Assembly (NCBI GenBank): GCA_044450345.1
Contig: JBIOIY010000003.1
Span: forward strand, 1 to 64,000
Reading direction: 5' to 3'
From: Thermodesulfovibrionales bacterium
GTDB taxonomy: Bacteria; Nitrospirota; Thermodesulfovibrionia; Thermodesulfovibrionales; UBA6898
DNA length: 64,000 bases
Below the pieces are notes generated by a model. The model was not told the origin of the DNA. It saw only the letters and a program-made list of their open reading frames with translations, and did not search any database. Position 1 is the stretch's first letter, and the number at the start of each line of letters is the position of its first letter. Shown piece by piece: positions 38,159 to 47,901 of this stretch. Both the position numbers and the translations under genes were made by a program.

Positions 38159-39706
38159 TTACCTCCAAATTTTTATATTGAGACAAAGTACAATCGATAT
38201 CACAATGCAGAGATACGAAAACAGATCGCCGTATTTTGTATAAAAGGTCAGGGTCCTGTCGGTTATTACTTCATTCGACAGGACAAGCCGCTGGAACAAC
38301 GGCGTTGCAGCCAGAATCCGGCCATTACTGTCTATGAACCCCGATATTCCCGTATTTGCAGCACGTATCACGGGCTTCCTGTTTTCTATGGCCCTGAAGA
38401 CAGCCATACTGAAATGCTGGTAAGGCCCAGCTGTCTTACCGAACCACGCATCGTTGGTGATAGTCACGATGAAATCACCGCCCTGTGTAAAAAACTTCCT
38501 TACAAGCCCGGGGAAAATTATCTCATAGCATATCAGTGTCCCGAAGCTGCCGAAGTCTGTTTCCGCCCTCTCGTACTCTTCCCCCGGGATATAGTCACCG
38601 ATCCCCACTACGAGCTTGTCTATAAAAAAAAGAATACTTCTGAGGGGGACATATTCTCCGAATGGTACCAGGTGTATTTTATCATATTCATAGATGTTTT
38701 TCCCTCCCCTGTCGAGGAGGACGGCGCTGTTCGTAAGAAGGGTCTTCCCGCGCGAACTTTCTTCCACCCGGACGCTCCCGAATAGAAGGTCAGTGCCGAG
38801 CCCCTGTTCGAAATGTGTCAGCTTTTCCGTATTTGCCTTGTCGTAATCAAACATAAAAGGGACGGCCGTTTCCGGCCAGATAATCAGTTGAGGTGATGTC
38901 TCTGCCGCCTTCGTGGAAAGGGTGAAATAGGTTTCGAGGACCTCATTCTGAAAAGCCGGCTCCCATTTCTTGTCCTGCTCGATGTTGCCCTGGATCACGC
39001 TCGCTTTGACAATGTTGCCGCTTCTTTGCTGGCCAAGCCTCCAGTGCCCGTATCCCAGGGACACTGCAATCATTATGAAAACCAAGGACATCCCCACGAC
39101 AGTGAAGGAGATCGGAAACAGGGGCATCTGCCGCACCCGCTTCTTCAGCAGGATCATGTCGGCAATGGCGCCGTTTACCATCAGGACCAAAAAAGAAATG
39201 CCGTAGATGCCTGTTATATCTGCAACCTGTATAACATGGAGAAGTTTGTACTGACTGTATCCGATGCTCGACCAGGGGACCCCTGTCAGCGCGTAGGAAC
39301 GGACAAACTCAAGGACGACCCAGAACACCGGGGCGATGAGAAGCGCGGGCAGTTTTGTATTTTTTATAATCTGGACGAAGAGAAAGGAAAATATCGCCGG
39401 ATAGAGGCCCAGATAGAGGCAGAGCAGGATGACGACGGCCACGCTTGCAAGAAACGGGACCCCGCCGAAATGGTTTATAGAGTGGTATATCCAGTAGAGT
39501 GTCCCGAAAAAGTAGGTGAAACCGAAGATATACCCTGCAGAAAATGCCTGTCTCGGCCCTTTTGTCCATAACGATATCATCAGGGGGACGAACGCCACCC
39601 ATGCAAGCAGGTAATGTTCGAATGACGGGAAGGAAAGCGTCAGCAATATTCCCGAGGCTGCCGGAAGGTAATAATCAACTACTTTTTTTATGAGAGAGTT
39701 TTTCAT
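38159..39706 (-). CDS. lnt: Apolipoprotein N-acyltransferase
   Basis: QGNIEQ, WPET, YDKIHLVPFGEY, ICYE, TNDAWFG, RAIEN and NTGIS. ATG 39706 preferred over TTG 39721. Confidence 0.95.
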   Translation of the reverse strand: MKNSLIKKVVDYYLPAASGILLTLSFPSFEHYLLAWVAFVPLMISLWTKGPRQAFSAGYIFGFTYFFGTLYWIYHSINHFGGVPFLASVAVVILLCLYLGLYPAIFSFLFVQIIKNTKLPALLIAPVFWVVLEFVRSYALTGVPWSSIGYSQYKLLHVIQVADITGIYGISFLVLMVNGAIADMILLKKRVRQMPLFPISFTVVGMSLVFIMIAVSLGYGHWRLGQQRSGNIVKASVIQGNIEQDKKWEPAFQNEVLETYFTLSTKAAETSPQLIIWPETAVPFMFDYDKANTEKLTHFEQGLGTDLLFGSVRVEESSRGKTLLTNSAVLLDRGGKNIYEYDKIHLVPFGEYVPLRSILFFIDKLVVGIGDYIPGEEYERAETDFGSFGTLICYEIIFPGLVRKFFTQGGDFIVTITNDAWFGKTAGPYQHFSMAVFRAIENRKPVIRAANTGISGFIDSNGRILAATPLFQRLVLSNEVITDRTLTFYTKYGDLFSYLCIVISIVLCLNIKIWR

Positions 39707-39710
39707 AATA

Positions 39711-39740
39711 TTGACAATCAAAAAAGCTAATGGGTATCAT
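39711..39740 (+). promoter_or_regulatory. Candidate sigma70 promoter for tRNA-Phe
   Basis: TTGACA-18 bp-TATCAT, 10 nt before the tRNA. Confidence 0.6.
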
Positions 39741-39750
39741 GTATATCCGT

Positions 39751-39826
39751 GGGCAGTTAGCTCAGTCGGTAGAGCAGAGGCCTGAAAAGCCTCGTGTCCG
39801 CAGTTCGATTCTGCGACTGCCCACCA
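39751..39826 (+). tRNA. tRNA-Phe(GAA)
   Basis: 76 nt: acceptor GGGCAGT/ACTGCCC, anticodon arm GAGGC-CTGAAAA-GCCTC, TTCGA T-loop, encoded CCA. Confidence 0.97.
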
Positions 39827-39868
39827 TAATTTTCTCACACTGATTTTATTGGTCTTGTCCGGTTGGAG

Positions 39869-40894
39869 TCAAGGGATAATAACGACCCTGCCGGGATTCC
39901 CCTTTTCGCCCTCGATCGAATACTTGATGCCTAGGAACTTTTCTACTACCCACAGGTTTGTCAGAAGATGGTCCGTGATGCGTGATGTGGTGAATGAGGA
40001 TTCGCCTTTTAGGGCGGCAAGGTAAGGCACGATCTGGTCTGCGAGGTGATGGTCAAGGCATGCCGAGGAATCGTAATAACTTAGGAATTCGCCGGCCGCC
40101 TCTTCGCCGACTGTTTCGGCCTTTTTCCCCCTTTCGCCGAGGGACGAAAATCCGGCTCTGCAGCCCCCTGCCATGGACTGCAGATATACAAAGGTGCCGG
40201 GACTGTAAGAGGTGACCTGAAGGGTCTCGATCTCGGCTGCAATTTTGTTTTGCTCAAGAAGGCGCAAAGCCGCCTTTCTCTGTCTGTCTGCGATGCTCAT
40301 CGGCAGGCTGCTTACGGCCGAGATGCCCCTGACCTTTTTGATCTCTCCCCTATCGATTAATGAGAGAGCTTCTAATTTGCCGGAAGGGGAGACTTCCGCA
40401 GTAATCTTCCCGCCGCCCTTGGGATAAAAGCCATAATTTACGATTGAGGTCTGCACCCTTATGCCGAGTCGGGAGAGCATCGGGGCGAAGATATCGGAGA
40501 TGAACTGATAAGGTGGACTGAAAGGCACATGAGTTCCGCCGGTCAGGGTAACCCGTGATCCTTCCTTTGCGAAAATCAGAGGAGGCAGAATTGCCTGGAG
40601 GAGCAGAGAGGTCGATCCTGCGGTCCCTATGTCGAAGAAGTAATCGCCCGGTTTTGGATCACCGGGTTCGAAGACCAGTTCGGTAGAGCCTATCGCATCG
40701 CCATGCACCATTGCACTTGAAATGAGGGCGAGTGCATGCACGCAAGTGAGATGCTGGGGCATGAGTCCTGGCCTCTTGCGGCCCTTCCTTATATTGAACA
40801 TCCGAAAGGGTTTCCTTAAAAGACAGGACAGACTCAAGGCCGTCCTGAGTATCTGTCCCCCCGCCTCGCCGAAACTCCCGTCGATCTCGATCAT
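39869..40894 (-). CDS. rtcA: RNA 3'-terminal phosphate cyclase
   Basis: IDGSFGEAGGQILR, RPGLMPQH, GTAGS, GGTH, GFYPKGGG and HLADQ. ATG 40894 preferred. Confidence 0.95.
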   Translation of the reverse strand: MIEIDGSFGEAGGQILRTALSLSCLLRKPFRMFNIRKGRKRPGLMPQHLTCVHALALISSAMVHGDAIGSTELVFEPGDPKPGDYFFDIGTAGSTSLLLQAILPPLIFAKEGSRVTLTGGTHVPFSPPYQFISDIFAPMLSRLGIRVQTSIVNYGFYPKGGGKITAEVSPSGKLEALSLIDRGEIKKVRGISAVSSLPMSIADRQRKAALRLLEQNKIAAEIETLQVTSYSPGTFVYLQSMAGGCRAGFSSLGERGKKAETVGEEAAGEFLSYYDSSACLDHHLADQIVPYLAALKGESSFTTSRITDHLLTNLWVVEKFLGIKYSIEGEKGNPGRVVIIP

Positions 40895-40995
40895 ACTTCG
40901 ATTATAGCCGCTATTGCCTTGCGGAGTAGCTTCGGCCATTGACACCCCCAATGCCCGTGGTTATCATAGACGATGATTTATGCTATGGGGATAGC

Positions 40996-41010
40996 GTCGA
41001 TTACCATTAG
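40996..41010 (+). pseudogene. Remnant C-terminus of a HigB toxin (VDYH-stop)
   Basis: GTC GAT TAC CAT TAG lies 15 nt before higA, where a HigB ending ..VDYH would sit. Confidence 0.55.
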
Positions 41011-41025
41011 AGAGGTGGGAACAAT

Positions 41026-41331
41026 ATGAAAAAGCGTGATTTTCCTCCAATTCATCCCGGAGAAATTCTGGTTAAGGAGTTTCTGGAACCCTTGGGAATC
41101 AGCCAGTACAGGCTTGCCAAGGACATAGGCGTTACGCCGCGCCGGATTAATGAAATAGTGCATGGTCGTCGCGCTATTTCGGCTGATACTGCGCTGCGCC
41201 TCAGCCAGTTTTTCGGTATGGAAGCTCAGTTTTGGATGAACCTACAGTCCCGCTATGATATGGAAGTCACCCGTGATCGACTTCAAGATAAGATCAAGAA
41301 AGAAGTTCGTCCGTTCACACGCGCGGCATGA
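41026..41331 (+). CDS. higA: HigA antitoxin (HTH XRE)
   Basis: PIHPGEIL.EFLEPLGISQYRLAK...TALRL..FFG..AQFWMNLQSRYD. Confidence 0.95.
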   Translation: MKKRDFPPIHPGEILVKEFLEPLGISQYRLAKDIGVTPRRINEIVHGRRAISADTALRLSQFFGMEAQFWMNLQSRYDMEVTRDRLQDKIKKEVRPFTRAA

Positions 41332-41581
41332 GGGTTGATCACGGAACCCAACCAATCGCTCAACCCAACGAATGGATTAACTCATTCGCCGGCCTGCCCT
41401 CATCTTCTGTGCAGCCTCGCGGCGCACGTCCACCGGAATTAAACAGTTTATTCTTGACACTGATCGCGGAGGCAAGGTATAAAATAGCGTCCGATTGATA
41501 GAAGAAATGGTGAATCAAGGGACGGAGTCCATGTGGGGATATAAAGAAGTTAACCTAGAGATGACTAATATAAGAATCCGC

Positions 41582-41795
41582 ATAGCGCGTCTCGATAAGC
41601 CTGTTGCCCAAAATGTCGCAAACAAAATTGCTTGGCTTGCTCAAAAGATTGAGACCGTCGTTCCAGCCCCTCTAAAAGGCAGATTCAAAGGGATGTAGAG
41701 TGGACGACTGGAGGGTTGTATATTCCTTTGAGCATTCTCCTCAAATCATAACAATCTTCGCTGTCAGACATCGCAGTGAAGTCTATAAGGTCTGA
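41582..41795 (+). pseudogene. RelE/ParE-family toxin, 5'-damaged and frameshifted
   Basis: IARLDKPVAQ..KIAWLAQ...PLKGRFKGM-stop, then in another frame RVDDWRVVY...IFAVRHRSEVYKV-stop. Confidence 0.85.
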
Positions 41796-41828
41796 CAGAC
41801 TTTTCAAAGGAATAAATGTTAATTAAGA

Positions 41829-41919
41829 GTCACTCTTCTTGCGGCCGGCAGGACCTTCCCGGAAAGATTCCGGACGAGCCGGAATGACAAAGCTTAAGAC
41901 ATTACTTTTTTATCATTCA
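41829..41919. repeat. GTCA..GGAATGAC-type REP-like repeat, copy 1
   Basis: Shares GAAAGATTCCGGACGAGCCGGAATGACAA and a similar tail with 43394..43479. Confidence 0.85.
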
Positions 41920-42196
41920 GTTAATAAGGCCTTATTTCGTCGAGAAAGTCTGTCATATCTGCGAAGCGGGTATCGAAACTCCCTTCGGAAATCATAACTC
42001 CCCTTGACCCCCTCGGTCCCGTGAGATATGTAAATAATCCTTCTGGGGTAACCGGCTGAAAATATTGACCGGATCACAGCTTTTTCTGTATTGCTGTAAC
42101 TGGCTAATAACTGGTTGGGGAAAAAGTGCCCTGCCTTTATTTTTGACTTGAAAATAGTCTTGTTTTCAGACTAATTTATAACTAGAGGTGAATGAT

Positions 42197-42397
42197 ATGA
42201 AAATAGAGATCGAAAGGGAAGAGGACGGTCGTTGGATTGCCGAGGTGAATGATCTTCCAGGTGTCTTGGCATACGGAAAGACACGTGATGAAGCAATTGC
42301 TAGAGTTGAAGCACTGGCCCTGCGTGTCATTGCTGATCGGCTGGATCATGGTGAGAGTATTCCGGAACTTGACGAGCTTTTTGCACTTCCTGCATGA
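42197..42397 (+). CDS. hicB: HicB family antitoxin (short)
   Basis: EREEDGRWIAEVNDLPGVLAYGKTRDEA; GAGGTG RBS. Confidence 0.92.
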   Translation: MKIEIEREEDGRWIAEVNDLPGVLAYGKTRDEAIARVEALALRVIADRLDHGESIPELDELFALPA

Positions 42398-42609
42398 GCC
42401 AATGGCCATCTTCCAGAGCCCGTATCGTATTTGCTGCACTCCTTCGTATCGGCTGGCACATCAAAAGAGATACCGCAGGTTCTCACCGCGTTCTTTCACG
42501 GACCGGATTTCCTGATTATGTATTTGCATTTCATGATAGTGATGAAATAGGGCCGCGTATGCTGGCTCGCATTGCAAAGAAAACCGGCCTTAGACCGAAT
42601 GATCTATAG
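42394..42609 (+). CDS. hicA: HicA family mRNA interferase toxin
   Basis: ALLRIGW...GSHRVL...FAFHDSDEIGPRMLARIAK; ATGA overlap with hicB. Confidence 0.92.
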   Translation: MSQWPSSRARIVFAALLRIGWHIKRDTAGSHRVLSRTGFPDYVFAFHDSDEIGPRMLARIAKKTGLRPNDL

Positions 42610-42640
42610 ACATTAACAGTTCAACAGGAATGCGGTGGGG

Positions 42641-42688
42641 GGCCAACCAATCGTTCAAGCGGGGAGCCCGCTGAACTCATCGTTAGCA
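42641..42688 (+). other. attC-like integron cassette recombination site (compact)
   Basis: GGCCAAC-caatc-GTTCAAGC-GGG gag CCC-GCTGAAC-tcatc-GTTAGCA: R'', L'', L' and R' boxes with 5-nt spacers and one extrahelical base. Confidence 0.7.
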
Positions 42689-42846
42689 GAATATGATGAC
42701 CAATAAAGGACCGAAAGAAATTTATCGCGCACTATTATTCATCTGCGCGGTTTATTCTATTGCGGTATCGTTCGCTCATCAACTGGGAATCAAGATGATA
42801 ACTATATTTGTAATGATGACAGAGCCAATTAAAGGAGGACAGGATT

Positions 42847-43365
42847 ATGAAACATGGAATGACAGTAAAACTTTTCGCAATGTGTTTTTGTGTTACAGCA
42901 TTTTCTCTTCTCACTCAACATGCTGCCGCTGGAGACGGCGCAAAGGGCAAGCTGGTGGTGGACGGAAAAAAGGTGGAAATTACCCAGGCATATGCCTATG
43001 CTGAAAAAGGCTTTTTCGACAATGAGAAGCAGGACGTGGTGGTACTACTGTGCGACGCACCTGTGTTGCCTGCCGCAGTTCGCGATTTTTTTGCACGAAA
43101 AGAACTTATCGACTCTGGCAAGCTCCATTGCGTCGAGCAGATAATCAATTCTGAAAAGCAGGTTGTCAACTTTAAAGTTCATGATAAGAGTTTCGGCAGC
43201 AGGCCGCCCAGTGGCGGATCTACCGAACATGTTTTTGATGCAAAGACCTTTGACGGAATAACCGTAGCTGGTCGCTCGTACACAAAATCTCAGCAAAGCT
43301 CATTTGATGACATACCTTATAGCTATGACATAACCTTCAGTGCGCCGATCGGTCCGATGAAGTAA
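42847..43365 (+). CDS. Hypothetical exported protein
   Basis: GGAGG RBS, signal peptide ending QHAAA, beta-rich mature region. Confidence 0.75.
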   Translation: MKHGMTVKLFAMCFCVTAFSLLTQHAAAGDGAKGKLVVDGKKVEITQAYAYAEKGFFDNEKQDVVVLLCDAPVLPAAVRDFFARKELIDSGKLHCVEQIINSEKQVVNFKVHDKSFGSRPPSGGSTEHVFDAKTFDGITVAGRSYTKSQQSSFDDIPYSYDITFSAPIGPMK

Positions 43366-43393
43366 AAAGATGTGCCTCTATGACCTATTTCCT

Positions 43394-43479
43394 GTCACTC
43401 CCGCTTGTCGGGAGTCTTCCCAGAAAGATTCCGGACGAGCCGGAATGACAAGGCTTAGGAAATTACTTTTTTACATTCA
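43394..43479. repeat. GTCA..GGAATGAC-type REP-like repeat, copy 2
   Basis: Direct repeat of 41829..41919. Confidence 0.85.
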
Positions 43480-43588
43480 ATAGTCGACTGGTTTAAAAGA
43501 AAATAAGAGGCTCTGCCGTTATTACCCGCCGCAGCTGGTTCAGTCCGGTTTTTTAGTCATGCCTCAGGAGGCTGTGCTACAATGAGCG

Positions 43589-45412
43589 ATGCTTGATCAC
43601 GGCCAGGAAATCCAGACTTTACCCGAAACTCTCAGGACGGTATTTGGTTTTGAGACCTTTCGCCCGAATCAGGAAGATATTATCACGAGCATCGTGAGCG
43701 GGCGGGATGTCTTTGCGGTAATGCCCACAGGCGGGGGCAAATCCCTCTGCTATCAACTCCCTGCAAAGATGATGGAGGGCACGGCTGTCGTTATCAGCCC
43801 GCTCATATCTCTTATGAAAGACCAGGTTGACGCAGCGCTCGAAAACGGCATATCCGCCGCCTTCATGAACAGCTCGATGAATGCAGATGAGGTGGCGGAC
43901 GTCTACCGCATGTTGAAATACAACAAGATAAAACTCCTCTATATAGCACCGGAGCGTTTTGTAATGCCTCATTTCCTCGAAACATTGAAGACCTTCCCCA
44001 TCTCCCTCTTTGCGATAGACGAGGCGCATTGCATATCGGAATGGGGCCATGATTTCCGTCCTGATTATCTCAGTCTTTCTCTCATCCCAAAGGAGTTCCC
44101 TGCTGTTCCGGTCGCCGCCTTTACCGCAACGGCCACCCAAAAAGTCCAGGAAGATATCATCGGGAGAATCGGCCTTCGGAGACCTTTTATCGTGCGCGCC
44201 TCATTCAACCGCCAGAACCTGTTCTATCAGGTCAAACCTAAATCGAAGGTTGAAGCGCAGGTACTGGAGTTCCTCAGGGGGCATCGGGACGAATCCGGGA
44301 TTATCTACAGGACAACCCGTGACTCTGTAATGGAAACAGCCGAATTTCTCGTATCGCACGGGATCAGCGCCAAGCCTTACCATGCGGGGTTATCTTCCGG
44401 CGAGCGCAGCATAAACCAGGATGCCTTTAACAGGGACGAGGCGCAGGTGATCGTGGCGACTATCGCCTTCGGCATGGGAATAGATAAATCGAACGTACGT
44501 TTTGTCCTCCATGCAGACCTTCCCAGGAATATAGAAGGTTACTACCAGGAAACAGGACGTGCAGGACGTGACGGAGAGCCGGCCCGCTGCCTCCTTTTTT
44601 TCAGCAGGGGGGACATCCCGAAGATCCGCTATTTTATCGACCGGATAACGGACGAGGGAGAACGCTCCATTGCCATGGAGAAGCTGAACCAGACCGTGGA
44701 GTACGCATCACATAATGTCTGCAGGAGGAAAAAACTCCTCGGATTTTTCGGCGAGGACTATCCCGACGATAATTGCGGGGCCTGCGATATCTGCACCGGC
44801 TTTGCAGAACAGGTCGACGTTACGGCTGATGCGCAGATTATATTGTCGGCGATTTGGGAGACAAGACAGCGGTTCGGGATAGGACATACCATCGACATCG
44901 TAACCGGAGCGGATACAAAACGGGTCCGGGAGCTCAGACACAATGAGATAAAAACCTATGCAGCAGGGAAAAACAAGGATAAGAAGCACTGGAGGTTCCT
45001 TGTGGATGAACTTCTTGCGCAGGACATGATCCGTCAGGACGGCGACCCTTATCCGGTATTGAAGCTGACCCCGAAAGGCCTTCACGTCATCTCGGGCGAA
45101 GAAGAGGTGAAGGCGCTGAAGAGGGAAGAGGCAGCGGTAAGACCCAAGCGGGCCGGAGGCAGTGCCCTCGCCGGGTATGATGAAGTCCTCTTCGAGAAGC
45201 TCCGGGGCCTCAGGAAAAGGATTGCGGGAGAGCATCAGGTCCCTCCCTACGTCATATTTTCCGACAAAACCCTCCACGAGATGTGCAGGCACTATCCGGT
45301 GACGCTGACCGAGATGAGAAGGATAAGCGGCGTTGGTGACACCAAGCTCGAACGATATGGAGATGATTTCATCGCGGAGATAAAAAAGTACCGGACCGAC
45401 TATCATGCGTGA
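43589..45412 (+). CDS. recQ: ATP-dependent DNA helicase RecQ
   Basis: MPTGGGKSLCYQ, DEAHC, WGHDFRP, QETGRAGRDG, Zn-binding cysteines, RQC and HRDC domains. Confidence 0.97.
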   Translation: MLDHGQEIQTLPETLRTVFGFETFRPNQEDIITSIVSGRDVFAVMPTGGGKSLCYQLPAKMMEGTAVVISPLISLMKDQVDAALENGISAAFMNSSMNADEVADVYRMLKYNKIKLLYIAPERFVMPHFLETLKTFPISLFAIDEAHCISEWGHDFRPDYLSLSLIPKEFPAVPVAAFTATATQKVQEDIIGRIGLRRPFIVRASFNRQNLFYQVKPKSKVEAQVLEFLRGHRDESGIIYRTTRDSVMETAEFLVSHGISAKPYHAGLSSGERSINQDAFNRDEAQVIVATIAFGMGIDKSNVRFVLHADLPRNIEGYYQETGRAGRDGEPARCLLFFSRGDIPKIRYFIDRITDEGERSIAMEKLNQTVEYASHNVCRRKKLLGFFGEDYPDDNCGACDICTGFAEQVDVTADAQIILSAIWETRQRFGIGHTIDIVTGADTKRVRELRHNEIKTYAAGKNKDKKHWRFLVDELLAQDMIRQDGDPYPVLKLTPKGLHVISGEEEVKALKREEAAVRPKRAGGSALAGYDEVLFEKLRGLRKRIAGEHQVPPYVIFSDKTLHEMCRHYPVTLTEMRRISGVGDTKLERYGDDFIAEIKKYRTDYHA

Positions 45413-45486
45413 ATAGTGCCCAGAACCGATGCTGTTCCAACGAAATTAATGTGAGACCGCTGAAAAACAGACAGGATTGCGCTTAA

Positions 45487-46128
45487 ATGTACGAGTCATT
45501 TCTCTCTGCTGCCAAAACAATTCCGCATTGTGAGCGCGATTTTGCCGAATGGCACAGGGGCGCTTCACAGTATGGCTTCTGGGCGGTCCTGGTCGATGAC
45601 CCGGACTGGCTCGCTCTATTTGAAGCCGCGTGTTCACACGTAAGACAATTCATACATCCCGGATACCGGCGCGCACCGCACATTACGGTCGCAGCCTGTG
45701 GTCTATTAAGTGAAGGACATTTCTCTCCCCAACTTCAAAAACGCCAGACGACAGCGCTGACTGAAGCGAAAATGACGCCGTTTTTTTTGGAGACCGGCCC
45801 GTTGGACAGCTTCACCTCTGCGCCGTACATTACGGTCGAATACCCGGCAGGGTCGCTCGATCAGATCCGTTCAATTTTAGCCGCTGTCTCCGAAGAAGAT
45901 GACCCGGCCGACTATAAACCTCATATCACACTTGGACTGTATCGGGGGGCCTTCGATACGTCGCGCGTAGCAAATCATCTTTCAAGGTTTCGACCTCTGC
46001 CGACCAGATCCCTGCAAGTGAATGAACTGTCGTTCTGCGTCTATGAGACAGGAAGCATTCAGGGTCCATTTATTGTTTTGGAACGTGTAGCATTGAATTG
46101 CGTGCATCGCATCTATACAAAAAAATAA
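45487..46128 (+). CDS. 2H phosphoesterase (2'-5' RNA ligase-like) family protein
   Basis: Two HxT motifs: PHITV and PHITL. Confidence 0.8.
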   Translation: MYESFLSAAKTIPHCERDFAEWHRGASQYGFWAVLVDDPDWLALFEAACSHVRQFIHPGYRRAPHITVAACGLLSEGHFSPQLQKRQTTALTEAKMTPFFLETGPLDSFTSAPYITVEYPAGSLDQIRSILAAVSEEDDPADYKPHITLGLYRGAFDTSRVANHLSRFRPLPTRSLQVNELSFCVYETGSIQGPFIVLERVALNCVHRIYTKK

Positions 46129-46136
46129 CGGCTCTC

Positions 46137-46871
46137 CTACTTCCCTCCGCAGGCGGGGCAGTCAGGGTCTTTGAACCCCTTGAAGGTCCTGAAGCTCATG
46201 TCATTCCCTGACCACACGAGAAGCTTCCCCTTTAAGACCTTTCCTATTCCTGAGAGGTACTTCATCGCTTCCATCGCCTGAAGCGTGCCGATTACACCCG
46301 GTGTTGCACCGAGGACAGGGAATACTTCTTTTGGTGGAGACTCCGGGAAATAACACCTCAGACAGGGTGTCTCCGGAGATTTGATAAAAGTGATACGTCC
46401 GTCAAGCCCCCATATGCTTCCATGGATCAGAGGGATGTTTTTTCTGATCGCGCATTCATTCAGGAGATATCTGGTCGGGAAGTTGTCCATACAATCGAGT
46501 ATGAGGTCCGAGTTCCCTACGAGGTCATCGACGTTTTCAGCCACTATCTTGTCTGTAAATGCCTCGATTGTAATGTGAGGGTTCAGCTCTTCGAGGGTCT
46601 GTTTTGCAGACACGGCTTTGTTTATCCCTATCCGATTATGGTTATGGAGGATCTGCCTGTTGAGGTTCGACCGGTCAGGAGAATCGAAGTCGCATATCCG
46701 TATATTCCCCACGCCTGCCACGGCAAGATAGATGGAGACGGGCGACCCAAGGCCGCCGGCTCCTGCCACGAAGACGGTAGAGTTCTTGATCCTTTCCTGG
46801 GTCTCGACGCCCCAGCCTTCCATCATCATCTGGCGGTTGTAGCGGTCGATCTCTTCCTGTGTCAGTTTCAT
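46137..46871 (-). CDS. ThiF/MoeB/HesA family adenylyltransferase
   Basis: RYNRQ, GAGGLGS, SNLNRQ, DCMDN, CLRC and CPAC. Confidence 0.92.
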   Translation of the reverse strand: MKLTQEEIDRYNRQMMMEGWGVETQERIKNSTVFVAGAGGLGSPVSIYLAVAGVGNIRICDFDSPDRSNLNRQILHNHNRIGINKAVSAKQTLEELNPHITIEAFTDKIVAENVDDLVGNSDLILDCMDNFPTRYLLNECAIRKNIPLIHGSIWGLDGRITFIKSPETPCLRCYFPESPPKEVFPVLGATPGVIGTLQAMEAMKYLSGIGKVLKGKLLVWSGNDMSFRTFKGFKDPDCPACGGK

Positions 46872-47086
46872 GTTGTGTTTTGCCTCAGTCGCATAAAGTA
46901 TAGCAAATCCTTCTTCTGACCTTCAAGAAATAGGGCGGCAATTGACAAGGGGCATTTCTTCGAGTAGCTTGTGAATAAGAACGGGATTTCTGAATTACAA
47001 TCATGCACGCAATGCAATAACGGGAAGGACCGCACCGGTCTCTTCTTCTTAGCTAGCGGCAAAGAGAGACAGAATGGGAGGACATC

Positions 47087-47875
47087 ATGAAGAGAATATT
47101 TTTTTCGTTTCTTGTTGTGTTGATCGGCATGGGCTGGGCGATGAAATCTGAGGCCAAAATTCATACCGAAACAGTTGAATACATGCAAGGCGACGCAGCA
47201 CTTGAAGGCTATCTCGCCTATGACGACGCGATCACCGGGAAACGGCCGGGTGTGGTCGTGGTACATGAATGGTGGGGGCTGAATGATTTCATCAAGGGCA
47301 GGGCTGAGGCCCTTGCAAAGCTCGGCTATGTCGCCTTCGCGGTAGATATATACGGTAAAGGCATCAGAGCGAAGACCGCTGAGGAGGCCGGTAAACTGGC
47401 CGGCCTCTACCGGTCCGACCGCAAGCTTTTGCGTGCCCGCGCCAATGCCGGGCTTGAGGTGCTTAAAAGGCTTGAGCAGACCGACACAAAAAATATCGCG
47501 GCGATAGGATACTGCTTCGGCGGAGGTACGGTGCTTGAGATGGCCCGGGGCGGGGCTGATATTTCAGGCGTGGTCAGCTTCCACGGCAATCTCGACAACC
47601 CCAATCCTGCCGACGCAAAGAATATCAAGGCGGAGGTACTGGTGCTGCACGGCGCTGAAGACCCTTATGTGACACCGGAACAGGTGAGGACCTTCTGGGA
47701 CGAGATGAGGAAGACAGATGCCCGCTGGCAGGTCAACATTTACAGCGGGGCGGTCCACAGCTTTACTAACCCGGACTCTGGTAATGACAAGTCCAAAGGG
47801 GTCGCATATAATGAAACGGCAGCTGTGCGATCATGGAACGCGATGAGGGCATTTTTTGTAGAGATATTCAGATAA
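47087..47875 (+). CDS. Dienelactone hydrolase family protein (exported)
   Basis: HEWWGL, GYCFGG, SFHG, HGAED and HSFTN. Confidence 0.92.
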   Translation: MKRIFFSFLVVLIGMGWAMKSEAKIHTETVEYMQGDAALEGYLAYDDAITGKRPGVVVVHEWWGLNDFIKGRAEALAKLGYVAFAVDIYGKGIRAKTAEEAGKLAGLYRSDRKLLRARANAGLEVLKRLEQTDTKNIAAIGYCFGGGTVLEMARGGADISGVVSFHGNLDNPNPADAKNIKAEVLVLHGAEDPYVTPEQVRTFWDEMRKTDARWQVNIYSGAVHSFTNPDSGNDKSKGVAYNETAAVRSWNAMRAFFVEIFR

Positions 47876-47901
47876 AAAAACAGGAAAAGGAAACAGTCTG
47901 C

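Noticed and set aside
39800..39826. tRNA-Phe 3' end as an island integration site
   Set aside because: No duplicate of the 3' end seen in the window, and the next gene is housekeeping rtcA.
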